The notes: generated from the sequence alone by a model not told the origin. A stretch of 64,000 nt of DNA from a virus (IMGVR_UViG_3300042881_002516:1293-65292); one strand, 5' to 3'. Shown: positions 1 to 9,650, numbered from the stretch's first letter. Numbers and translations: made by a program.

Positions 1-1518
1 CGTGGGCAGGTAATCCCCCGTCCCATCAAACGACATAGACCCCGTGCCGTACTTCTTGACCGAGGTACTGACCTGGGCATTGCCGACCGTCTCGTAATCC
101 GCAACGGCAGCGTTGTCGAAGATACCGGCGTTGGTGAAGTTGGCAAGAAATACGGTGTTTGCATCTGTCGTCAATAAGGACGACGGAACTGCGCTAATTG
201 TTCTTGCAGTATTAGAGATGCGGATATTGGATATGAATCCGGTAGTAATGTAACTACCCCAGTTAGTTCCAATTTTTAGCGTTGTATTTGATGCGTTTGT
301 TGTTGAAGACGCTGACGCTATCTCTGTACCGTTTAGGTACATCTTTATAGTTGATCCGTTGTAAACCATAGCAAGGTAATGCCATGCGTTTAAAACTGGC
401 GTAACGCTGCTGATAGCCTGTGTCCCGCCTACCTGAACAGCCCACTTTGCCCCGCTGCTGTTTTCAATTCCCATCCATGTTCGTGCGCCATCGCCTACGC
501 CAGTCCCTTGTGCAACGATGGTTTGCGTAGAACTACTGCTTGTTATGTAAGCCCACGCCTCAATCGTAAAGTTTCCGCTAGGAATGATTTGAGAACTAGT
601 GGTTTCAAGATAATCCCCACTCCCATCAAAGTAGCCGCTGCCACCGACCGTGCTAGTGCTGTAGGCCGTGGTGGGGTTGAAGGGCGAGAAGGGCTGGACG
701 GAAGTATCCCCGCCTCGCGTGATTGTGAAGTTGTTGGAGGAAGCGTCAAGGAACCTATTGGCTTGGCAGGTGAGAAGCGAGGTACCGCTAATCGCGGTAA
801 GCGGTGTAGTTGGTGGAGTAAAGTTAGCCGTATAAAGTCCGACGCCTTTTAAGACGCGAACATTGCTCATGTAACCAACAAATACCTGTTGAGGACTATC
901 TGCACCGCCAGACCGATTACCAACGTAAAAAGTTTGCGAACCGCCAATGGTTATGCTAGCCGTACTAGCGCCACTTGCTCCGACAACGCCATTGATGAAA
1001 ACTCGCAACGTCCCTGAATTTCTTGAAACAGCAATATGATTCCAAGAATTTAGCGTAAATTTATTGGTGGTGGTGAATGCAACCGCACCGTCGTAATAGA
1101 CTAGAGTTTGGTCACCAGCATTATTTATATTCCATTGATCCGCCTGCCCAGACCCGCCAGCGCCCATGATAAATCTATAAGTGCTGGCATTGCCGTCAGC
1201 CGTTGGATAAATCCACGCCTCGTACGTAAAGTCACCAGTCCCGTAAGAAAACGCTGCGTTTGCTGGTGCGCTTACAAAAGTCGTGCTTCCGCTAAAGTAG
1301 TTCCCCCACCCCGTCTGACTAAACGGACTGAACGAGCCTTGGGTGGTGTTCCCGTTGCGCGTGATGGTGAAGTTGTTGGTGCTGGAGTCCAGAAATGTAT
1401 TGTTCTGGGCGCCGTTAGTCCCATCGCCGTGAAGCAATGAGGTGACGGAGTAGAAGTACGGATCTACTGCGGCGGCCTGTGGGGCACCACCTAACAAAAA
1501 CAGGAGGGGCGCTGTCAT
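1..1518 (-). CDS. LamG/concanavalin A-like repeat tail fibre, N-terminal part (runs off window start)
   Basis: Not in the ORF track. My translation from ATG 1518 (MTAPLLFLLGG...DPYFYSVTSLLHGDGTNGAQNNTFLDSS...GDFTYEAWIY...WNHIAVSR) stays open to base 1. Paralogous to 60625-64000. Confidence 0.85.
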   Translation of the reverse strand, partial: MTAPLLFLLGGAPQAAAVDPYFYSVTSLLHGDGTNGAQNNTFLDSSTNNFTITRNGNTTQGSFSPFSQTGWGNYFSGSTTFVSAPANAAFSYGTGDFTYEAWIYPTADGNASTYRFIMGAGGSGQADQWNINNAGDQTLVYYDGAVAFTTTNKFTLNSWNHIAVSRNSGTLRVFINGVVGASGASTASITIGGSQTFYVGNRSGGADSPQQVFVGYMSNVRVLKGVGLYTANFTPPTTPLTAISGTSLLTCQANRFLDASSNNFTITRGGDTSVQPFSPFNPTTAYSTSTVGGSGYFDGSGDYLETTSSQIIPSGNFTIEAWAYITSSSSTQTIVAQGTGVGDGARTWMGIENSSGAKWAVQVGGTQAISSVTPVLNAWHYLAMVYNGSTIKMYLNGTEIASASSTTNASNTTLKIGTNWGSYITTGFISNIRISNTARTISAVPSSLLTTDANTVFLANFTNAGIFDNAAVADYETVGNAQVSTSVKKYGTGSMSFDGTGDYLPT

Positions 1519-1521
1519 TGG

Positions 1522-2064
1522 TTAGCTCACGTTACCGCTGATGATGCAGACAGTACCAGACAAGAACAGGATCGTGGCTATGCCACGCGTAGCCAAGGTC
1601 ACCGTCGCCTTGTCCGTATCCGTACCCGCAATGTATGCCGTCGTGATCGTGCAAGTAATCGTGATGTTGCCACTGGTGTTATTGGCCACGGCAATGACAT
1701 CGCCTTCAGCAAACGTCGCGTCCGGGATCGTGATCGACCCGCCAGATCCGACCTGCACGTACTTGCCCACGTCAGCCGTGGCCAACGTGTACGACCCGGT
1801 CTTCGTGCCGACAGCAGGGGCGTTTAGGTACCCAAGCGTCGCCGTGCTCTGCGGGAGCGTGTACACGTACGTGGACGCGGCTGCGGGAGGGTTGAGCGTG
1901 GCCGTGCCAGAGCTCGAACCGTTGATCTTGACGCCCTTGCTAAACGTAGTGACCTGAGACGCATCGACCGAAATGGCAGTTGTGCCTCCCGTCTTAATGT
2001 CCAGGACGGAGGTTGAGTCAGCCGTCGATATGATCCCGTTCTGAGCATTAATTACGTTAGCCAT
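1522..2064 (-). CDS. tail fibre-associated structural protein
   Basis: T/G/S-rich beta protein with SYTLATAD.GK motif and ...ISGNVS end typical of phage fibre C-termini; tail context. Confidence 0.6.
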   Translation of the reverse strand: MANVINAQNGIISTADSTSVLDIKTGGTTAISVDASQVTTFSKGVKINGSSSGTATLNPPAAASTYVYTLPQSTATLGYLNAPAVGTKTGSYTLATADVGKYVQVGSGGSITIPDATFAEGDVIAVANNTSGNITITCTITTAYIAGTDTDKATVTLATRGIATILFLSGTVCIISGNVS

Positions 2065-2067
2065 GTC

Positions 2068-2433
2068 TTACTCCTGCGGGAGCGCTACCCACGATTGCGT
2101 GGCCTCGTCCCATGAATATATCTTGCCATCGGTCGGCATCGGCACCGGGGCTTCCCACTGCGCGGTGTCGGGGTTCAAGACCCACGACGGATACGGCTGT
2201 GGGGCCACAAAAGCGTCGATGTCAGCACGATAAGTGTAGCCAATACCGGCGTAGTTCTTACGGAAGTTTCCGTTGTAGGACGTCTGCTTCCAGTTCCCGC
2301 CCAGCAAACGCTGGCAGAACGCCACGCCGATGCTCTCGACTTCGTTGCCGTTAGCGTCCGCCGTGTCTTTGTTGGCTACGACAACGACTCGCAGCACAAC
2401 GTTATTGCTATCTAATTCAGCGAAGTGGGCCAT
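2068..2433 (-). CDS. conserved tail-module protein (fibre assembly-like)
   Basis: MAHFAELD...WKQTSYN..FRKNYAGIGYTY...PQPYPSW family, commonly adjacent to glycine-rich fibres. Confidence 0.6.
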   Translation of the reverse strand: MAHFAELDSNNVVLRVVVVANKDTADANGNEVESIGVAFCQRLLGGNWKQTSYNGNFRKNYAGIGYTYRADIDAFVAPQPYPSWVLNPDTAQWEAPVPMPTDGKIYSWDEATQSWVALPQE

Positions 2434-2434
2434 G

Positions 2435-3037
2435 TCAGTTCCTCAAATGCAGCGCAGTTAGGTTCTCTTCGTCGCCAACATACCCAACCGGAAATGTATT
2501 AAATGCCAATGATACGCGCTCATCGCCCTGCACGGTTTCGACCATGTGCGTCAGGCTTGACGGAAACAGCATCAAATCGCCAGCGCCAACCTCAAACCAC
2601 CACGAATCGCTGTTGTACAAGTTGTAGTTGTCGGTCGGTAATTTGACTTGTTGATAGCCGTCTTTGTAAAAGTAAATCTTGTCCCGCTCACGGGCAGCCT
2701 TGAGGTATAGCACCCCAGACACAAACGAGTTGGGATGCGAGTGCTTGTGGTGGTACTGACCGGCCTTGGTGTAGTTCAGCCACGATTGCGTCAGGCGCAG
2801 CGTAACGTCGTGTTTCGGCGCGTAGATAGAGCGCAGATACTCATTGACGCTGGCCTCGGCAAACGCCTTGAGGCTTGCCATCGTGTCGTGACGCAGCACA
2901 TAACGGTCATCGCTCGTCGTGTTGCCCATGTTGCTATGCGTCGGCTGTTCGTCCACAAACGCCATTTCCTCGGCGGTGTAGTCCCGTCCAAGTTCAAACT
3001 TGGCGACAGCCGTAGGAAAGAGGTTGTATGTAATCAC
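2435..3037 (-). CDS. putative 2OG-Fe(II) oxygenase (TIGR02466-like)
   Basis: SWLN...HHKHSHPNSFVSGVLY...GDLMLFPSSLTHMV...RVSLAFN: HxH...H...R signature. Confidence 0.85.
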   Translation of the reverse strand: MITYNLFPTAVAKFELGRDYTAEEMAFVDEQPTHSNMGNTTSDDRYVLRHDTMASLKAFAEASVNEYLRSIYAPKHDVTLRLTQSWLNYTKAGQYHHKHSHPNSFVSGVLYLKAARERDKIYFYKDGYQQVKLPTDNYNLYNSDSWWFEVGAGDLMLFPSSLTHMVETVQGDERVSLAFNTFPVGYVGDEENLTALHLRN

Positions 3038-3285
3038 GCAACCGCCTTTTCAATCTGAGCAACGTAATCGTCAAATGCAGCCTGCTGCTCGGGAAGCAGA
3101 ATGGTGTTGATGGATTCCTCAAACAACCGAATCTTTTCAATCGTCTCAAACACTTCCTCAACGGACGGACACGGGCGCGGATCGTCCCAACGGGTAAAAC
3201 CAGCCCCACTGGTAAACTCCCATTTTGCGCCGGGGCGAAGCAGGTGCATCGCCGTATCAATGCCGACTAGTTGGTAAGCCTTCAT
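3034..3285 (-). CDS. small tail-associated protein (XkdW-like)
   Basis: A..LRPGA.W...W.D.RP.P motif; start/stop overlaps with neighbours. Confidence 0.5.
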   Translation of the reverse strand: MKAYQLVGIDTAMHLLRPGAKWEFTSGAGFTRWDDPRPCPSVEEVFETIEKIRLFEESINTILLPEQQAAFDDYVAQIEKAVA

Positions 3286-4976
3286 TAGTAGTTCACCTTA
3301 AGGATCACGATACCGGAACCGCCTGCTGCACCATTTCCGTAAGGGGCTTCAGAACCAGCGCCCCCACCCCCACCCGTGTTGGCTGTTCCAGCGGTGTTTG
3401 CGTTACCGCTGTTTGAGCCATTGCCACCGCCACCTGTGCCACCTGTACCGCGTGTTCCCGGTGAAAAAGTGCCGCCGCCACCACCACCAGCATACGTTAC
3501 GCTGCTGCCAGAAATAGACGAGGCCGTGCCGTTACCACCGTTACCGCCGTCGGAATTGGTTCCGTTTGAACCAGTTGCGGAAGCACCGCCGCCGCCTGCG
3601 CCACCATAGTTAGGCGCATTACCCCCAGAACCACCATTGTTTCCTTGAGACGGTGAGGTATTTGGGGTATTTCCAAGGCCAGCATTTGCGCGGTTTGCAC
3701 CGCCGCCGCCAGAACCGCCATTTGCGCCAGCAGCAGGAGCATTCGGGAAGGCTGGACTATTTGAGCCACCGCCACCGCCGCCTGTAGCGGTAATAGTGCT
3801 GAACGTAGAATCGCTGCCGTTGATGGTCGTTACTGTAGTTGCCCCAGCGCCGCCACCGCCAACAGTAATCGTATATTCCGTTCCTGCTGTAATACTTAAC
3901 GCGGTCCCCGTGCGGAAGCCGCCTGCCCCGCCGCCGCCAGCAGAAATGTACCCACCTCCACCGCCACCCGCAACAACCAAATAGTCAACGCTGACAGCAC
4001 CGATTGGGGCTACCCATTTCTGCGTAGATTTAAACGTGAAGATCGTGGTTGATGTTGGTACTAAATATTTGAGAACGACAATGCCAGAGCCGCCAGCGCC
4101 GCCAGCAAAAACGGTATCTCCTGCGTTATGACCGCCACCTCCACCGCCACCGCCAGTATTGGCGGTACCTGCTGTTCCAGCCGCGCCTAATCCACCTGCA
4201 CCGCCGCCACCGGAACCGCCCGATCCTGCGTTAGTTGATGACCGCCAATTTGATCCGCCACCGCCGCCGGCATAAGTAACTGACGAGCCACTAATGGACG
4301 AAACAGTACCATTGCCTCCGTTACCGCCGTTCGTAGAAGTTCCATCTGCGCCTACGGCAGACGCTCCACCGCCACCACCTGCTCCGTAATTCGGAGTTGT
4401 AGCAGGTGCGCTTCCTCCATTATTACCTTGAGATGGCGAAGTATTTGGCGTATTTCCTGCCGCACCCGGTATAGCCCCCGGAACGCCAGCCGCTGCTCCA
4501 CCACCACCAGAGCCGCCTGCTTGAGCCGCAGTTTGTGTTCCTGCGCCGCCGCCGCCGCCAGCAGATGTGATAGTACTAAATACGGAGTTACTACCAGATG
4601 TTCCGCCATTTGCAGAACCACCGGTCGCCGGGCCACCGGCTCCGCCAGCGCCAATCGTAACGGTGTAATCGGTGCCTGCCGTAACACTTAATCCGGTGCC
4701 TGTTCTAAAACCGCCTGCACCGCCGCCACCAGCAGAATCGCCACCACCACCACCGCCACCCGCAACGACAAGGTACTCAACTTCAGTTACACCAGTTGGG
4801 GCAGTCCAAGTGCCCGAAGCGAGGAAGGTTTGAACAATGGTAACAGCCGAAACAGGCCACGTTCCCGCAGCGCGATAAGGCAAAGCCTGACTTAACAGCC
4901 AAACTCCCTTTGCAGATCCTGTATTAACTGTAGGCGCAGCCGCTCGTATGACTCCGCCTGTATATCGCAGGGTCAT
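3285..4976 (-). CDS. glycine-rich tail fibre protein with two tandem glycine-rich domains
   Basis: V[ED]YLVVAGGGGGG...GGSGIV[VI]LK occurs twice; start reassigned to ATG 4976 (TAATG overlap). Confidence 0.8.
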   Translation of the reverse strand: MTLRYTGGVIRAAAPTVNTGSAKGVWLLSQALPYRAAGTWPVSAVTIVQTFLASGTWTAPTGVTEVEYLVVAGGGGGGGDSAGGGGAGGFRTGTGLSVTAGTDYTVTIGAGGAGGPATGGSANGGTSGSNSVFSTITSAGGGGGAGTQTAAQAGGSGGGGAAAGVPGAIPGAAGNTPNTSPSQGNNGGSAPATTPNYGAGGGGGASAVGADGTSTNGGNGGNGTVSSISGSSVTYAGGGGGSNWRSSTNAGSGGSGGGGAGGLGAAGTAGTANTGGGGGGGGHNAGDTVFAGGAGGSGIVVLKYLVPTSTTIFTFKSTQKWVAPIGAVSVDYLVVAGGGGGGYISAGGGGAGGFRTGTALSITAGTEYTITVGGGGAGATTVTTINGSDSTFSTITATGGGGGGSNSPAFPNAPAAGANGGSGGGGANRANAGLGNTPNTSPSQGNNGGSGGNAPNYGGAGGGGASATGSNGTNSDGGNGGNGTASSISGSSVTYAGGGGGGTFSPGTRGTGGTGGGGNGSNSGNANTAGTANTGGGGGAGSEAPYGNGAAGGSGIVILKVNY

Positions 4977-5350
4977 TAGTTGATCTCTTCCCAAGAAGCG
5001 ACGACAACAAGATCACTGGCCGTGCCAGCCGTGGCACCAATAGACTGATCTTCCTTCAAGTAGATCGAAGTGTTCTTGTCGATAACAACCAACGTCGCAT
5101 CAGCAGGAACAGATACTGTGGAAGCCAGAGCGTAAGCCGTGCCGCCTAGGTCATCCTGACTGTAGACATTGATCGAAATATCTGCCGCGCTTGTACCGTC
5201 CACGTTCGCCACAATGATGCTGTTGATCTTAAAGACCTTACCGCTAGATGCAGCGTTGTTCACGATAGCCGTTGCATTCGTGGTGGAGAGTGATGTCAGT
5301 GAGTTGTTTCCATAAATCGTGGAAACATTGACAATATTTGGATTCGCCAT
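4976..5350 (-). CDS. virion structural protein (tail)
   Basis: MANPNIVNV...VANVDGTSAADI...; start reassigned to ATG 5350 with GAG upstream. Confidence 0.65.
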   Translation of the reverse strand: MANPNIVNVSTIYGNNSLTSLSTTNATAIVNNAASSGKVFKINSIIVANVDGTSAADISINVYSQDDLGGTAYALASTVSVPADATLVVIDKNTSIYLKEDQSIGATAGTASDLVVVASWEEIN

Positions 5351-5354
5351 CTCA

Positions 5355-5882
5355 TCAACCTCCGAACACAATCGACATTGCGATTGCCTTTCCAACCGTT
5401 GCTATCGTACCGGCACCGCTGCCTCCGGTATTGTTGAGAACCAACCAGGATTGATCAGCCGGCACCGTTACGCTCGCGCCAGACCCAATGGTCACCGGCC
5501 CTACGCTCAGTCCGTTCCGTCCGGTCGTCAAGGTGTAGTCGTTAGCGATCGTGTTCAGACTTTCCATGATCGGCCGGTTGGCCGCATAAGCAGGGAAGTC
5601 TGAAAAGACGTTCTTAGTTCCAGCAGAGAACGAGACCTTCGCGCCGCTCGCGCTCGAAGCCAGCACTGTATCTCGGGAGAGCGTGGTGCCCGATGACGTA
5701 TAAGTGCCAATGCCCACTTCCCACTCAGAGCCGGTCTGGCCGGCGATGACGTAGTAAGTGGTATTGCCGTTGCCGATAGCAGCAAAAGACTGATAACCGG
5801 TCTCGGCTCCGGCAAGCGTAATAGTTCCCAGCCCCGCCGTCGTGGTGGTTTCTAGGACTCGATCTGCAAGAACGAGGGCCAT
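5355..5882 (-). CDS. tail fibre/baseplate-like protein
   Basis: MALVLADRVLETTTTAG...WEVGIGTYT..G.TLSRDTVL.SS phage fibre N-terminal motif; GGAGG SD. Confidence 0.7.
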   Translation of the reverse strand: MALVLADRVLETTTTAGLGTITLAGAETGYQSFAAIGNGNTTYYVIAGQTGSEWEVGIGTYTSSGTTLSRDTVLASSASGAKVSFSAGTKNVFSDFPAYAANRPIMESLNTIANDYTLTTGRNGLSVGPVTIGSGASVTVPADQSWLVLNNTGGSGAGTIATVGKAIAMSIVFGG

Positions 5883-5894
5883 TTAACCCTCCGA

Positions 5895-6332
5895 TCAGGC
5901 GATACGGATGATAGCGTTCGTTGCGTCTGCCGTCGGGAAGATGATCGTGAACGTACCGTTGGTCGAAGTTTTCGCACCACCGAAGTCCAGGACGCACACC
6001 GCCGGGTTACCCGCAGCCGTGTCGTTATAGATCAACGCACCGTATGCAGTAATCGTCGCACTCGTAAACGACAGATCCGCGAAGTCCGTAAACGCCGTCG
6101 TGCCGCTCGAGGTCGGCGTGACGTTCGTTAGCGTACCGCCACCTGCGGAGTACGTGCCCGAGTTCGCAACTTCGTTCGTCGCGGTGTAGGCCGTCGTGGC
6201 CGCCGTAAACGACGCACTGTTGTCGTACAGCGCGAGCTTGAAGGTGTTGCCCGTGCTCGCCGTGAAGTTGTGAACAGCCTGCATCAGCTCCACTTTGAAG
6301 CTGGTGCACATAAAGTTGCCTGAAAATGCCAT
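5895..6332 (-). CDS. virion structural (tail) protein
   Basis: MCTSFKVEL...FKLALY...YSAGG.TL...GALIYN conserved phage family. Confidence 0.7.
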   Translation of the reverse strand: MAFSGNFMCTSFKVELMQAVHNFTASTGNTFKLALYDNSASFTAATTAYTATNEVANSGTYSAGGGTLTNVTPTSSGTTAFTDFADLSFTSATITAYGALIYNDTAAGNPAVCVLDFGGAKTSTNGTFTIIFPTADATNAIIRIA

Positions 6333-6334
6333 CT

Positions 6335-6622
6335 CTATTCTCCTAACAAATGGACCAGCTCTGGATGCCCGGCCTCCCGCAGCTTGTTGGCCACGGTGAT
6401 TCGGTCTTGTTCAATGGCTTCCTTCAAATAGAAGGCAACCACCTGTCTCACGCTCTCTTTGAACGCTATCGCCTGCTCCCGAATGGCCGGGTGAGACTGA
6501 TCGCCTACGTAGACGATTTTGTCAGCCGCTCGCTGGGCAAGCTCTTCCGTCGTCCACCCACGAAACTGGGTGGTTTGGACTTGTACCCCGCCGACTAGGA
6601 CGGGCGATGAAACGTTGATCAT
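6335..6622 (-). CDS. conserved phage protein
   Basis: ORF coupled within the late operon. Confidence 0.55.
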   Translation of the reverse strand: MINVSSPVLVGGVQVQTTQFRGWTTEELAQRAADKIVYVGDQSHPAIREQAIAFKESVRQVVAFYLKEAIEQDRITVANKLREAGHPELVHLLGE

Positions 6623-7275
6623 GGGCCGGGCGACTCCGATTTAAGCGGCAAGCGGATCATACCATCGCGGTACTCGTCGCGGCGGCGGCGTCCTTGTTGC
6701 TCGATGCCGAGGCCCTGTACCGCTTCGCGATACGAATTCTTGAAGTACTGGAGCATGTTGTCCGGGCCCTTGGTGTAGCTATAGGCCTGAATCAAACAAG
6801 CGTACAACAGGGCTTCCGGTGCATTAATGCTGATCCAGGTGTTCGGGTTTGCCGAGGACAACTGGGCCGGTCGGTAGATATAGCCAAGCTCGACCACGTA
6901 GTTAGCGCCAGGCGTCGGGGCTACGTAGAACGTGTTTTGGTCCCACACCGAATAGTACTTGGGCACGCCGGTCGTCGAACCGTTCGGCCAATACTCCTTC
7001 ATGAAGGAGGTGTCTCGGAAATCCAAGAAAATCTGGTTAGATCCCGAGGTGATCATCATGTACCGATGGGTCAGGATATCGCTCGGAGCGGACAGAAATT
7101 TGTTGCCCAAGGTCATGTTGGCCGTGGCCTCAACCTTGAACACGTCCAAATCGATCTCGCGAAGAATCTGATTCTCCGCCATCGTGATAAACGTATTGAT
7201 CACCGCATTGGTGAACACGTTAGCGTTCACCTCGGTGTAGTTCCGAATGTTCGTGACTAGTTCGTCGTACGTCAT
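6619..7275 (-). CDS. head-tail adaptor/connector-like protein
   Basis: MTYDELVTNIRNY...G.PKYY...PTP...Y.VELGY...LLYACL pattern of podovirus adaptors. Confidence 0.65.
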   Translation of the reverse strand: MTYDELVTNIRNYTEVNANVFTNAVINTFITMAENQILREIDLDVFKVEATANMTLGNKFLSAPSDILTHRYMMITSGSNQIFLDFRDTSFMKEYWPNGSTTGVPKYYSVWDQNTFYVAPTPGANYVVELGYIYRPAQLSSANPNTWISINAPEALLYACLIQAYSYTKGPDNMLQYFKNSYREAVQGLGIEQQGRRRRDEYRDGMIRLPLKSESPGP

Positions 7276-7622
7276 GATGTAGCCACCGAAACTGACCCCA
7301 CTACGCCTTGAGCGATCAAAGCCTGGCCCTCAACATAGGGCCGCATATCGTTCGTGTTACGAGCAGATCCGTAACTCTGAAAAGCCGTAAAACCGGGCGC
7401 GCCAACGTACACAGAAACCGGTTCAATACGATCAGGCCTCGGATCGCGCAAAGCGATTGCGTCACCACGGTAACGCAACGGCTCAAGCTGCGGCTCCTTC
7501 GGCTCGTAATCATCGGGGCAGACCATGTATCCCTGCCACTGCTTACGCAGCACATTGTAAGGATACCGCTGACCACAAAAATCACACAGCCCGTAAGAAA
7601 ACTTACCTGTTGCGTAGGCCAC
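7272..7622 (-). CDS. Zn-ribbon phage protein
   Basis: CDFCG...W.G..VCP..YEPKEPQL. Confidence 0.6.
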   Translation of the reverse strand: MAYATGKFSYGLCDFCGQRYPYNVLRKQWQGYMVCPDDYEPKEPQLEPLRYRGDAIALRDPRPDRIEPVSVYVGAPGFTAFQSYGSARNTNDMRPYVEGQALIAQGVVGSVSVATS

Positions 7623-8288
7623 TTAGACCCCCATGTCCGGGACAAACTGCACGCTTGCTGTGTCCCGATCCTCCATGGCCGCTCGGTTAAAGTCCTCTTC
7701 GTAAATCGCCTTGAGTGCTGCCGTACGATCCGGCGCAAACTTCAACGACAACTGATAAGCCAGCCCCGACGCAAGACACGGCAAGAACCGGAAGTTAATG
7801 TCCGCCTCGTTCGTGTATACGCCAGCGTCCTGAATCCGACGAATCTTGTAGTACACAAAGGTGTACGTCTGATCCGCCGCCGGATAAAAGAAGACCTTGG
7901 TCGGATTGGCACGCTGCACGTAAAACTGTGCCGGGCGCGATTCCGAGGTCTTGTCCGGTACGTTCAAGTAGTCTTCGCGGCTTATACGCTCGATGTACAC
8001 GTCGCTGTTAATGCCTTGGCTGTTTTGGCGAATGATCGCCTCCAAGACGTTAACGGTATCCGATGGGAGCGTAATCTCGTTAACACCTTGAGTCAGGGTG
8101 TACGTAGCCTGCTCAATGGTCCAAAGGTTCAAGCCACGATTGGCCCAATCCAGAAACAGCAAATTGAGCGAGCGGCGTGCGGAGTTGAGCTGATAACCGC
8201 TCGTCGGCCGCATGCCGCAACGCTCAAATGCTTCTTCAACCAAGTCGTCAATCGACAGGTTGAAGTCTGTTGTGCCAGAAGTAGCCAT
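7623..8288 (-). CDS. head-tail connector / tail tubular-like protein
   Basis: MATSGTTDF...EEAFERCG...ARRSLNLLF.DWANRG.NLW conserved podovirus structural family. Confidence 0.7.
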   Translation of the reverse strand: MATSGTTDFNLSIDDLVEEAFERCGMRPTSGYQLNSARRSLNLLFLDWANRGLNLWTIEQATYTLTQGVNEITLPSDTVNVLEAIIRQNSQGINSDVYIERISREDYLNVPDKTSESRPAQFYVQRANPTKVFFYPAADQTYTFVYYKIRRIQDAGVYTNEADINFRFLPCLASGLAYQLSLKFAPDRTAALKAIYEEDFNRAAMEDRDTASVQFVPDMGV

Positions 8289-8291
8289 TGA

Positions 8292-8543
8292 TTAGCCGCA
8301 AGACCCGCCGTAGCGCATCTTCTTGACCTTCTTCTTGGCCATGCCGCCCTTCTTGTAGCCGCGAGCCATGCCACCGCCCATCATGCCCATGGCCATCTCT
8401 TTGTGCTGATTTATAGCACCGCCCTTAGCAGCCATGACAACCTTACCGGTCTTCATGCTGGGCTTTGACACCATGTGATTCTTGGGACCTTTTCCAACAG
8501 CGCCACCACCGCGAACGGCTGCGCCCATGCCACGTCCGGCCAT
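8292..8543 (-). CDS. small basic K/G/M-rich protein
   Basis: In operon; carries AAKGG, YKKGG and MRYGG motifs. Confidence 0.6.
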   Translation of the reverse strand: MAGRGMGAAVRGGGAVGKGPKNHMVSKPSMKTGKVVMAAKGGAINQHKEMAMGMMGGGMARGYKKGGMAKKKVKKMRYGGSCG

Positions 8544-8544
8544 G

Positions 8545-8709
8545 TTACTTACCCCGCATCGCGCGACCGCGCGCGTCCTTGCTGTTGCTCTTCATGGCAC
8601 GGCCTTTCTTATCGGCCATACCACCCTTCTTCATCTTACCAAGGCCATCCGCAGCGAAAGAAGGAACCTTCTTACCGCCCTTCATGACCATCTTGAGTTT
8701 GCCAGGCAT
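8545..8709 (-). CDS. small basic protein (54 aa, not in ORF track)
   Basis: MPGKLKMVMKGGKKVPSFAADGLGKMKKGGMADKK...RGK; GAGGGA SD; fills the gap between neighbours. Confidence 0.65.
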   Translation of the reverse strand: MPGKLKMVMKGGKKVPSFAADGLGKMKKGGMADKKGRAMKSNSKDARGRAMRGK

Positions 8710-8711
8710 TG

Positions 8712-8960
8712 TTAATCCCTCGTAGTACGGATTTCGTCAAGTTTAGCTTCAAGACGATTGAATCGTTGGTCAACGTGCGCGACAAACTTCTCGATTCTAT
8801 CGTCCACTTCTCTGCGAGTGATGTGGTCTCTCGCAATCTCCTCACGGGTTCGGTTGAGCAATATATTCAGCCGAGCCAGTTCATCAAACTTACCCTTTAG
8901 CATGAATCCCATCCCGGTCACTATCGCTGACAGGATGATGTTCCAGATCATGATTTCCAT
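8712..8960 (-). CDS. small membrane protein (1 TM plus coiled coil)
   Basis: Hydrophobic N-terminus followed by heptad C-terminus. Confidence 0.6.
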   Translation of the reverse strand: MEIMIWNIILSAIVTGMGFMLKGKFDELARLNILLNRTREEIARDHITRREVDDRIEKFVAHVDQRFNRLEAKLDEIRTTRD

Positions 8961-8963
8961 CGA

Positions 8964-9287
8964 CTAACACTTCCATCGCCGACGGGCCTGTCGAATCCGA
9001 CTGTTTGGATCCTTGGCCGCTTCTGGGTACATCTTCATCTGACCGGCGGAACGTGCACAAAACGACTTACGTCGCTTTGCCCGAGCAGGGCCCGGATTGG
9101 ATTCCGTTACGGCCGTCTGAAGTCTGCTTCCGGGGTTCGCTTTGCGATAGGCGGCAACACCTTTTTTGGTCATGCCGGCACCTTGCTTCGTCGGGCGGAA
9201 ATTACCGCTCTTAACCGAAGTTTTGATGCCCATGCCTTTGCGGACGGCACCGCCGCCACGCATGGCAACGCCCATGCAGCCGGGCAT
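8964..9287 (-). CDS. basic phage protein (DUF6321-like)
   Basis: NPGS.L...RRKSFCARS.G...DPNSRI..ARRRWKC. Confidence 0.65.
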   Translation of the reverse strand: MPGCMGVAMRGGGAVRKGMGIKTSVKSGNFRPTKQGAGMTKKGVAAYRKANPGSRLQTAVTESNPGPARAKRRKSFCARSAGQMKMYPEAAKDPNSRIRQARRRWKC

Positions 9288-9589
9288 TAGGCCGGCGCTC
9301 CGCCCACGTACAGCACGGTGACGCTCAACACTTGCGCATCCGCGATAGTCACGTAAACGCCATCGGTAGCCAAAATTCCGTCATCGGGAATAATGAGATC
9401 GTAGGCTCCAGCCGCTGCCGGGGTCTTAATGTCAAGAATCGTGGTGCCACTGGCCCCGCCGGTCTTGAGGGTGAACCCAGAGGCGGTCCCAGAATTGGTG
9501 AAATACACGCCTTGGACACGCGTACGGCCGTTTACCGCATCGCCAGTGGCGACCACGGTTTTGGCTTTGACGTCACTTGCAAAACTCAT
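9287..9589 (-). CDS. virion structural protein
   Basis: Beta-rich 100 aa protein in head operon. Confidence 0.6.
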   Translation of the reverse strand: MSFASDVKAKTVVATGDAVNGRTRVQGVYFTNSGTASGFTLKTGGASGTTILDIKTPAAAGAYDLIIPDDGILATDGVYVTIADAQVLSVTVLYVGGAPA

Positions 9590-9622
9590 AGCCCTGCTTC
9601 CTTTGTCTAGGTGAAGCCGGAT

Positions 9623-9650
9623 CGCCCCGGATCATTGCTGACCCGGGGCG
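9623..9650 (-). other. GC-rich RNA hairpin (GCAA loop) without U-tract
   Basis: CGCCCCGG..TCA-GCAA-TGA..CCGGGGCG downstream of the stop at 9660. Confidence 0.5.
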
